Source: Guillardia theta CCMP2712 (taxonomy: Eukaryota; Protista; Cryptophyta). Taken from it: a stretch of 64,000 nucleotides of DNA. The translations under genes and the position numbers were made by a program. The notes under the pieces were generated by a model. That model saw nothing but the letters and a program-made list of their open reading frames with translations, did no database searches and had not been told where the DNA came from. This document shows, piece by piece, positions 10,103 to 20,100 of this stretch (the stretch's first letter is position 1; each line of letters opens with the position of its first letter). Where the stretch lies: contig NW_005434461.1 in the NCBI RefSeq assembly GCF_000315625.1, forward strand, positions 1 to 64,000. The letters run 5' to 3'.

Positions 10103-13100
10103 TCATGTGACCTTGTTGAGCTGGACCAGGGAAGGCAGGAGGAAGTCGCTCACGGCCCTGGCACATCTCGCTCCTGCTCTCAACGCGCCGTTGATGGAAG
10201 CGGTTTCAACGTGATCCCCGGCGAGGAAAAGATGCTCCTTCCTCCTGACGCTCTGCCGGCGCTCTCTCTCAGCCTCAAGGCAAGGAGGAGAAGAGAAGAG
10301 AGAGGAAGCAAGGAAGAGGAGTGGAGAGGAAGCAAGGAGGAGGGAGAGGAGAGGAGAGGAGAGGAGAGGAGAGGAGGAGGCGAGGAGGAGGAGGAGGAGC
10401 GATGAAGGGCAAGGAGAATGGGAGAGTGGAAAGAGAAAGGATGACAGAGAAGGAGAAGGCAGGAAAAGAGAGGAAGGAGGCGGAGCAGAGAGAAGAGGAG
10501 GAAGGAGAGAGAAGAAGAGAGGGAATGAAGTTGAAAAGGAAGAGGATGAAGAGGAGGAGGTACCTGCTCGCGTTCGAACGGAGGTTCCTGTGACGGCTGC
10601 AGAGAGATGAGAATGAAGAAGAGGAAGAGAGGGGAAAGAAAAAGGCGGCGAGGAGAGGCCAGGAGGAGGAGGAGGAGGAGGAAGAGAGAAAAGAGAAAAC
10701 GAGAAGAAGAAAGGAGAGCGATAAGGAGGAGGGGAAGGGGAGGGGGGAGCGACGGGAGGGATGAAATTAGAGGAGAAACCTGACTGAAGGGAATACGATA
10801 CGTTCGCAACGGCTTCCACTGCAATGACAAATTAAAGCAAGAACTGATGAGGAGGATGGGGACAAGGGAGGAGGAGGAGGAGGAGGAGGAGGAGGATAAA
10901 AATTAAGAAGCAAAGAAGGGAATGATGGAGGTAGCGGAGAAGAGGAGGAGGAAGATGAAGGAGAAGAAGGCGAACGAGGAGGAGGAGCAGGTGGAGCAGG
11001 ATGAACCTCGTTGGCAGAAGGACCGAACCAGCTGACGAGCTGCTTCTTGACCTGAGGATGGAAAGTCAGGGCGACATCGCAGAAGTGAGAGGAGAAGAGA
11101 CGAGAGAAGCTTCTGTGATGTGCCATCGGTAGGGCAAGAAGAGTTGATGAGGAGAGGAGAGAGGGGTAAGAGAGGAGGAGGAAGAGAGAGGAGGACGAGG
11201 AGGACGAGGAGGGCGAGAGCAGGACGAGGAGGACGAGGAGGACGAGGAGGACGAGGAGGACGAGGAGGACGAGGAGGACGAGGAGATATTCGGGTTCATA
11301 CGTCTGCTACAAGTTGATCTTCTTGCTGATCGGGAATGCCGACGAGAGAAACGCATGCAAGAGACTGCAAAGAAGATGAGAGGAGGAGAGAAGAGAGAGG
11401 AAGAGAGAGCAAAGGAAGGAAGAGAGAGCAAGAGCAGAGTAGAGCCGAGAGAAAGAGCGAGGAGGAGGAGGCGAACGACAACGGTAGGGGGGCAGGAAAC
11501 ATCAAACTGTCAGACAACTCCCCATCAATGCAACGCAAGGCAAGAAACATTCAACGTGGGTTCGCATGACATGTGCTTGTGTCAGGTTCTTCCTTTCCTC
11601 ACCTTTCCCTCTGGCGCATACGAAGAAGCGACCATGCTCGGGAAGCAGACGTTGTTGATAGTGGAGGTGCCTTGGGCGTCCTTGACGCCATCGCCGTTGA
11701 GGAAGACTGTCTGTTTTTCTCGTTCAAACGTCTCCTCGCCCTCTTCTGCTTTCCATCCCCGATTCTCTTCCTCCCCTCCCCTCCATCCCTCCATCCCTCC
11801 ATCCCTCCATCCCTCCATCCCTCCGTCCCTCCATCCTCCTCCTCCTACCGGAACGTCAGCAGGCGGTTTGCCGTCAATCGCGAAGTAGAGACAAGTTGTT
11901 TTCTTGGGCTCCTGCATCTCCGACACTGAAAGGGAGAAAACAAGAGAAATCAGAAATGAGATGAAAAAGATTCAGACAACTTGCTAGTATACAAGTATCA
12001 TCATCGTAACCACCATCTCAACCATCTACATCTTCATCTTCTGAACACTGTTGCGTTCTCCTTCTATCTCCTCCTATCTCCTCCTATCTCCTCCTATCTC
12101 CTCCTATCTCCTCCTATCTCCTCCTCTTCTTACCGACGTCAGGAACAAGCTGACTTGCCATCTTTCCGCACGTTGCAACAACAACACACGACGCCTGATC
12201 GCCACGTTATTTCCTCCCTCCCCTTCTCTTTCTCAGCTCACAGCAACAAACTCTCCCGAGCTGAGGGTAACACCCTTGCCGTCTTCCTTGATTGACTTCA
12301 CCTGAGACATCATAAGTCATCGTCTCTCCTTGCCGTCCTAGTACCACTACTACTACTACTACGACGACGACCACTGTGCTACTGCTACTACTACTGTGCT
12401 ACTACTACTACAACTACTACTGTGCTACTACTACTACTGTGCTACTACTGTGCTACTACTACTACTGTGCTACTACTACTACTACTACTACTACTACGGT
12501 GCTACTACTTCTACTACTACTGTGCTACTACTACTACTGTTGCTGCTCCACCTGTTTGTTCTGCTCCACCTGTTTCTCCTCGTCCTCCTCCTCCTGATCT
12601 TCCTCCTCCTCCTGATCTTCCTGCTCCTCCTGATCTTCCTCCTCCTCCTCTTCCATCCATTTCTCAACTCCCCCTCACATACTCGAATGTTCACCGCCTT
12701 GTACTTGTCCATCACAATATCCACTTCATCTCTACTTCTCTTGCTTTGCCCTTCCTCCCACCAACCTGAGTGTTGAGTCGAACAGAGTCTGCAGGCAGCA
12801 GAGACTTCAAATAGTTTGGAATTTTCTGCATCCCCTCCTGCCATGATCGTCAATCCCTCTCCTCCTCCTCCTCCTCTCCTCGCAACTCCTCCTCCTCGCT
12901 CATCCTCGCTCATCCTCGCTCCTATATCCTCGTCCTCCTGCTCCTCTTTCACCTCTGGTAGACAATTTTCTCCTATTGAAAGCATGCGGATGACAAATTC
13001 AAACTCCCTGCAAGCCCAATCACCATCTCAAACATCATCACCACCACCTCCTCCCGCTTACCGAGCGCTGGTCTTCAGCTTCGTGTCAAAAAAGATTCCT

Positions 13101-14929
13101 CCGAGGAAAGGACGGAAGAATCTGAAGAAAATTCTTCACCTTTGTTTTCAACAATCAAACAGTAGATCACTTGTCAATGAACTCCTCGGAGAAACCAGCA
13201 CCAAAGAATACATCTCTTGACAATCGCTGGCAAACAAACTAACATCATTGTCCTCACACTTTAACAACTGGGCTCACATCATAGATTGAAATGTCGGGCC
13301 TCGTGTATATCTCCTCCTCGCTCGCTAGAGTGGCTTGCAACCTCAACACAGCAAATAGAAGCTGAACAAAAAGATAGCAATCAGTTCCTCTCCTTTTTCT
13401 TCCTCCTCCTCCTCCTCATCATCATCATCATCTCCATCGTCGTCGTCGTCGTCATCATCATCATCATAATCATCATAATATATCAATATAACCATCATCA
13501 TGACTCATCACCTTGTCAACAAGAGTTCCGACGGTATGAGATGGCGATAACATTGCAAGGGCATCCAGGGGTCGACTGCATAAAGCAAACTCAACCCCCT
13601 CCTCCTCCTCCCTACTACCTCCTCCTCCCTACTACCTCCACGTCCCTAGAACCTCCTCCGCACTATGACCTCCTAGAAGCTATGATCTGCTGTAGGAACG
13701 CCTTGTTTGAACAACATCAAGGCATCTGGTGTTACTGATGCGTCGGGGAAACCATGATTGTACAGGAAAACGTTCTGACAAGCCTGATCGCTCTCTACAT
13801 TCTTCTCCAGTCTTGTGAGGATCAAGTCTTGAACCTTCACGATCTCCATCTTTGAGCTCAGGTGGCTGAGAGGCGAGCAACGAGCACACTTGCGGTATTC
13901 ACTCAAGAGTGCGGATCGAGCTCGCAACGGCGACGAAAGCGAAGAAACCAACACCAAGACAAGTCGGAGCGATGAAGGCAGGCANNNNNNNNNNNNNNNN
14001 NNNNNNNNNNNNNNNNNNNNNNNNNNNNNNNNNNNNNNNNNNNNNNNNNNNNNNNNNNNNNNNNNNNNNNNNNNNNNNNNNNNNCTCTCCCCTCTCCCCT
14101 CTCCCCTCTCCCCCTCCCCCTCCCCCTCCCCCTCCCTTTTCCCTTCTCCCGCCTTCTCCCCCTTCCCCTCCTCCCTTCTCCTTCCTCTCACCGGAGAGGG
14201 TCGGTAAAGAGATGGAAAGTATCAGCATGGCGCACCATGGCACCTACAACAATGTGAGTGAATAACTCCCTAGGGTCGAGCTCTACCAGGATAAAAAGGT
14301 TGGAGCTGGAGCTGCTTATAGTCGAAGAAGCGAAGACATTCAGGATAGGACGTTAGAAAGATCTGGAAACTAAAGCAAAGTCATCGTTCTCCTCTCCACC
14401 ACCACCACCACCACCACCACCACCACCACCACCACCACCACCTCTTCCTCCTCCTCTCCGCTCCTCAGGTCCTCACCCTCGATCCAGGAGGAATCCGTCC
14501 ACTTTGTCCGTTCTTATCCTTCCCCCCACCTCCTCGCTCTCCTCCAGGATCTTCAACGCGTCAGAACGTCATCAACATGGCGGCAGAGCTCACCACAAAT
14601 GGGATCCCGCGCTCCTGCAGCTCCACTGCACAGGCAAGCCCTGAAATCCCTCCTCCTACTATCACCACCCTCTCCTCTCCTGCCGCAGCCTTGCACTGCA
14701 GGGCGGTCGCTCCCCTCCCTCTCCTTGGCGCACTTGCCGCATGGCGTAGGTTAGACGCTGTCCGGCCTCCTCCTGTACATCTTGAGCGCGTTTGGAGTCG
14801 GACAGGAACGGGGAGGAACAGGAAGGCAGTGACGGACTGCAGGGACAGCAGCAGCAGGACGAAGGCGTTGCGAGACGCTGAGAGAATCTGGTGAGGGAAC
14901 GGCGATACGCAATGAAGGGACGAACCCAT
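10103..14929 (-). CDS. FAD-dependent amine oxidoreductase (Amino_oxidase / phytoene-dehydrogenase-like), probably plastid-targeted; many exons, 3' end approximate
   Basis: Rossmann motif VVIVGGGISGLACA; ILEESEEVGGRIRTDKVDGFLLDRG/FQIFLTSYPE; FFRPFLGGIFFDTKLKTSAR; EGMQKIPNYL; C-terminal LFLAGDHVETASINGALRAGARCA. N-terminal LLLLSLQSVTA-F followed by an R/S/A-rich transit-like segment. Confidence 0.88.
12342..12545 (+). repeat. Degenerate (CTA)n/CTGTG microsatellite, intronic
   Basis: Seen directly. Confidence 0.9.
13673..13849 (-). pseudogene. Truncated alpha/beta-hydrolase-like 5' fragment inside an intron of the amine oxidoreductase gene
   Basis: MEIVKVQDLILTRLEKNVESDQACQNVFLYNHGFPDASV...HSF*. 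The HGxP motif resembles the oxyanion loop of alpha/beta hydrolases. The flanking host exons (..FTDPLR / RPLDALAML..) join without it. Confidence 0.4.
13985..14084. other. Assembly gap (100 N)
   Basis: N run. Confidence 0.99.
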
Positions 14930-15908
14930 CGGAGATCGCTGCTAAAGAGCTGGCAAAAGGAAGCTGCGAGCGAGCGCGAGGAGGAGGAGGAGGAGGAGGA
15001 GGAGGAGGTAGGCCTGCATGACAACGAGAGTCAAAACAGCACTGGGCCTGACATGAAGCTCTCTGCTTCCATCACTCACTCACTCACTCACTCCTCTCTT
15101 TATCATCTCGTTCCCTCCCCTCCCCTCCCTTGCAACCTCCTCTCCTCCCTTCCCCGACCATCCTCCTCCCCCGCAGTGTCGTCGGATCTCTCAGGACATA
15201 TAAAGGAGATCTATCCAGTAGAACGCAAAAATAAATGTGACCACCCACCTCGGTAAGAATAATAAAAGCTGTGGAAATTCAAGGGTGAATGACGGAATTT
15301 TATACCTCTGGTTATGGATGTTATCATGTTTTTCAAAGACAGCCCGGCCGGAGTCAGCTGCGCCGGGCACACTGTTCACTGAGGAGCCTGAGTCGAGGAG
15401 GCCAGGGCCGCCTGACCCCGGCAGGTCCTTCTCCTTCACCCAGACACTACGGATCACAATTACTTCACTCACTTCGGCCCACTGGGCCAGAAAGCCTGGG
15501 GTGGCCAGTGGCTTGCAGTGAGTGCCAAGACCGTTTAAGATCAAGATGGCAAGGCTGACACTGATGGCGACGAGTCTAGAGGCCTCTGACAAGTCTAGAG
15601 GCCTCAGGCCTCTGACAGTGCCGAGTCTGCCATCTGGGCCGCCTGCCACGTCCCAAGTTTCGAAGCCGAGAGACCATCTACGGTTGTAGTTTCTCTGTTC
15701 GCATCCGCCGGCCACTAAACTCGGAAAACACAGCGTACAGTCCTACAGGAGGCCACCAGTGCTGATAAGTAATGATGGGGGAGGAAAGACTGCTGGGCTG
15801 CTACAGTTGCGGTTGGGCTCCGTTGCCAGGTGGGTACGAACTCAAGCAAGAAATGAGAAGTTTTGTGAAGAGATCCACAAAATTTGTTTATTGCAGCACT
15901 CAGTGTCG

Positions 15909-16395
15909 TTAAATCAGTTTGTTCACTCGAACATGAAGCCTCGTACAACTCTCCACATGCTCTAAGGCTTCCTGGAACCAATCCTGCGTTGTGAAGCTGC
16001 CCTGGAGCAACGATTCTTCTTGGTGCTTGTGACCCTGCAGGGATTTCTCTGGGCTCGGCAGCGAGGGGACTAACACAGTGGGAGGATACTTGCAGCCTGT
16101 CAGCTCTGGGCTGATACTTGAGTTGTGCTGTACATTGAAAATTTTTGGTCGGATTCGTGAGTAAGGCCACTTCTTGATTCCCAATCTTCTACAGACATGC
16201 TTCATCGTCGTGGTAGAAAAGCCCTACATGAGGAATGAGTTTCAAACGAGACACAGATCATCAAAAGATGATTTTCACCAGCAAGTCACAAGCCTCCTTC
16301 TGCCTCATGACGAAGAGGCTGCGGACATCCTCCAAGGTCAAGTTTCTTGTCTTGTGGTTCTGACTTGCGCGTTTCTGTCCACTTACAGATGCCAT
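15909..16395 (-). CDS. RWP-RK domain transcription factor (2 exons)
   Basis: MASVSGQKRASQNHKTRNLTLEDVRSLFVMRQKEACDLL/GFSTTTMKHVCRRLGIKKWPYSR matches the RWP-RK pattern (LT..D...F.....EA...LG...T.LK..CR..GI.RWP.R). Intron of about 55 nt near 16225-16278. Confidence 0.9.
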
Positions 16396-16802
16396 TTCTG
16401 TTGTGTCTGCTTTTGCTTGCACTAGGTATATGTCGGGGACGATGATGAGCAGGTAGAGGCACAGGGGGTGAGACTGATCTTGATAACGTTGCTCAAGGGG
16501 GTGGAGGGCTCCAACTGTCAAGGGTAAGGGGAACAATGCGTAAAGCGATTGCTCCGAGTAAGTTGCCCATCATCTTGTACCCGGACGGGCAGTAAAGACC
16601 CGTATCTCATTGAAGCGGTGTGTTCCTGGCGTTGCTGTGTCCGGGGAGACGTAGTTAACCGACGTAAGTCAGCGATGTAATCAGTTGGATCATCGGATTA
16701 CCCCGCGGGCCCGGGCCCGAGTGACCAGGCGGTTGCCGTGTCATAGAGTAAAATTACTTGTAGCGAATTCAGTAAAAATTAGGGTCGAAGAGGCCGCCAT
16801 CT

Positions 16803-16832
16803 TTTACTCAAAGTTAAGTTAAAAATCAGTAC
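16803..16832 (-). repeat. Copy of the GTACTGATYTTTAACTYAACTTTGAGTAAA motif, inverted relative to 18520-18549 and 20404-20433
   Basis: The reverse complement matches 18520-18549 with 2 mismatches in 30 nt. Its 23-nt core is identical to 29848-29870. Confidence 0.85.
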
Positions 16833-17172
16833 GGTACGAGGACAGCAAGCGACCATGCCGCTACATCAACTCATAGTGTATACAGTATACCTCTGCTCCA
16901 GCTCAACTTGCCTTTGAGCCCGAGTAGTTTCACCTTGCGCCCCGGGACTGATATGACGATTAATAACCATGACGTTCGATGCTGTCACACCCCGAAGCTT
17001 TAGGGGTTTCAGACATCTACAGCGAATGCTCGGCAAGGCACCTTCGCTGGATCACATCATCAAGGTGTAGGGTAGAAGAAGCAGACCCTTCTAGCTTTGA
17101 AGGCTGATCCTTATATAGGCTAAAAGAAGCAAAACGGGTTAAGCCTCCATCGAAAGGAAGCATTGCTCTCTG

Positions 17173-20100
17173 CTTGACAAGATTCACACGTCCTCTTCAG
17201 CTTGTAAGCCACCACACGGGTACGCTCTTCCTGCGACGACGACCTCGAGAGAGGTCCTTTTCAGCAGATTCACACTGGAGTAGCGTATCCTGGGCTATCC
17301 AGGAGAAGTCAGCTTCGAACGCGAGTACCAGGTAGAAAACAACTGACCTTTCGTTTCGGTAAACCTCTGTCTGACTCGGGCGCGGATCCTATGAGCTCTG
17401 ACACAACGGCAGAGCAGGTTCCGAGCTGTCACTGATGGCTGGCGTCACATCAGTCCCGAGGCTCAAGGTGAGATGGGTGGGCAGCAAAGACCCCGGGCAA
17501 GCTGAGATGGAGACACAACATGGGTATGCAAGCATTGCATTCGTCCTCTTACTCACATCCCGACACACCCTCTCTACCTCGGAGGAGTCGCCCTCGGCCG
17601 CAGCTTGGAGGAAGGTGCGGCCCGGCTGCACTGTACATAAGCGAGCTTCTGGCACTGACAAGAAGCAGGGGCATAGCGGACGAGAGGACGAGAGGACGAG
17701 AGGACGAGAGGACGGGAGGACGGGAGGACGAGACGACCAGACGACGAGACGACCAGACGACCAGACGACGAGGATCACACGAGGCAAGCGCAGCCGTTGG
17801 CATGCCAAAGGACAGGAGGCGCTCTCTGCGGGGCTAAGGGATGGGCTCAATGCCGTCCACCAACCATGGCGGAAGGGAGCAATTCGGAGAGGTTCATGGG
17901 GGACAGGGTGTAAGGGGCAAGGAGGGGTGGAATAGAGGTGATGAAACGGGGTGGGGGTATACCGCTATCTCCAATCACGACAGCAGCCGCAACTGGCAAC
18001 CGACACTGATATCAAGTACTCTCAGCAGGGTGCGGAGGGGGGTGGGGGAGGGTGGGGAGTTGTCAAGTTTACTGGCACATATGCAAGGCTAGAGATAGAG
18101 TAGGAGGGAGGCAGTGGTGGTATATCTGCAGTAGCAGGGGAGAGAGCGACAAGGTCGCTTGCAGCAAATCAAACACTCTTGCTGAAAAGAACTTGTGGCG
18201 ATCTGCTCTCTCTGTTTTTACCTTGCTTGCCTTTTTGTTGCTGGGGGGGGGGGGGGGATAACCGCCTGAGTTCGAGCCCGGCGGACCCTGCCCGGCCCTG
18301 GTGGTGACCGTGCCACGACGGTGACACCACCCGGTGACCGGACCAGTCACGGCGCCCGCCGCGCCGCCACGCCTGACTCAGTGAGTCTGCGGCTCGAGTC
18401 GGCCCGGCCCGGGTGACGGACAGGGCCGGGCGGCCGCGCCCGGGGCACGCCCCACCCGGCCCAGTCCATCGGCCCAACATACTGGCCTGCGACTGCCCCG
18501 ACTCTCCTGATTGGGCCTCGTACTGATCTTTAACTCAACTTTGAGTAAAGACTCTCACGGGCCCCACCAAGGCAGGTCACTGTGACATGATCATCGCCGT
18601 CGGACATGCGATGGATCACAACGGGCCCCCATCACACCCCGAGGCCGCAGTTTGCACGACGCCGCCGAACCTTCAGCGTAGCTCACCGCCGGGCCGTCAA
18701 TGCGGCGGCAACAAGAACTTCGAAACTTGCCCTGGACTGTCTCTACTAAGAGGAAAGCAGTGTGACAGGAGGACATCTATCTCTCTTTATTCTTACACCG
18801 TCACAACAAACAAGACAAGCCGACACACACTGGTGTGGCACTGGGGCAGCAAACAGACGTGGCTCACACACACGAGAGGGGAAGATGACCGCCTGGCCTT
18901 GACGACGATGGTTTCATAGCTTGGAAGAACGAGGTAGGAGTACCGTCTCTGGGCTGAAAGAAGTAGGGGTGTTGTCTCCTTGGAAGCTGACAAGTGGTCT
19001 CTCTCTCTCAGGCAAGAAGAGCCCCGTCCTCGCACGCAAGCAGGCAGCTTCCAACGGGTTGCACTTGACAAGATTCACACGTCCTCTTCAGCTTGTAAGC
19101 CACCACACGGGTACGCTCTTCCTGCGACGACGACCTCGAGAGAGGTCCTTTTCAGCAGATTCACACTGGAGTAGCGTATCCTGGGCTATCCAGGAGAAGT
19201 CAGCTTCGAACGCGAGTACCAGGTAGACAACTGTCCTTTCGTTTCGGTAAACCTCTGTCTGACTCGGGCGCGGATCCTATGAGCTCTGACACAACGGCAG
19301 AGCAGGTTCCGAGCTGTCACTGATGGCTGGCGTCACATCAGTCCCGAGGCTCAAGGTGAGATGGGTGGGCAGCAAAGACCCCGGGCAAGCTGAGATGGAG
19401 ACACAACATGGGTATGCAAGCATTGCATTCGTCCTCTTACTCACATCCCGACACACCCTCTCTACCTCGGAGGAGTCGCCCTCGGCCGCAGCTTGGAGGA
19501 AGGTGCGGCCCGGCTGCACTGTACATAAGCGAGCTTCTGGCACTGACAAGAAGCAGGGGCATAGCGGACGAGAGGACGAGAGGACGAGAGGACGGGAGGA
19601 CCAGACGACCAGACGACGAGACGACCAGACGACCAGACGACGAGGATCACACGAGGCAAGCGCAGCCGTTGGCATGCCAAAGGACAGGAGGCGCTCTTTG
19701 CGGTCAGACGCTAAGGGATGGGCTCAACGCCGTCCACCAACCATGGCGGAAGGGAGAAATTCGGAGAGGTTCATGGGGGACAGGGTGTAAGGGGCAAGGA
19801 GGGGTGGAATAGAGGTGATGAAACGGGGTGGGGGTATACCGCTATCTCCAATCACGACAGCAGCCGCAACTGGCAACCGACACTGATATCAAGTACTCTC
19901 AGCAGGGTGCGGAGGGGGGTGGGGGAGGGTGGGGAGTTGTCAAGTTTACTGGCACATATGCAAGGCTAGAGATAGAGTAGGAGGGAGGCAGTGGTGGTAT
20001 ATGTGCAGTAGCAGGGGAGAGAGCGACAAGGTCGCTTGCAGCAAATCAAACACTCTTGCTGAAAAGAACTTGTGGCGATCTGCTCTCTCTGTTTTTACCT

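Noticed and set aside
65-15256. Numerous Pro/Ser/Leu- or Gly/Glu/Arg-rich ORFs in the ORF track
   Set aside because: They are translations of stop-poor intronic simple repeats, not genes.
18258-18290. GAGTTCGAGCC B-box/T-loop-like motif in each repeat unit (tRNA or SINE?)
   Set aside because: No A-box, no proper T-stem pairing and no cloverleaf could be built.
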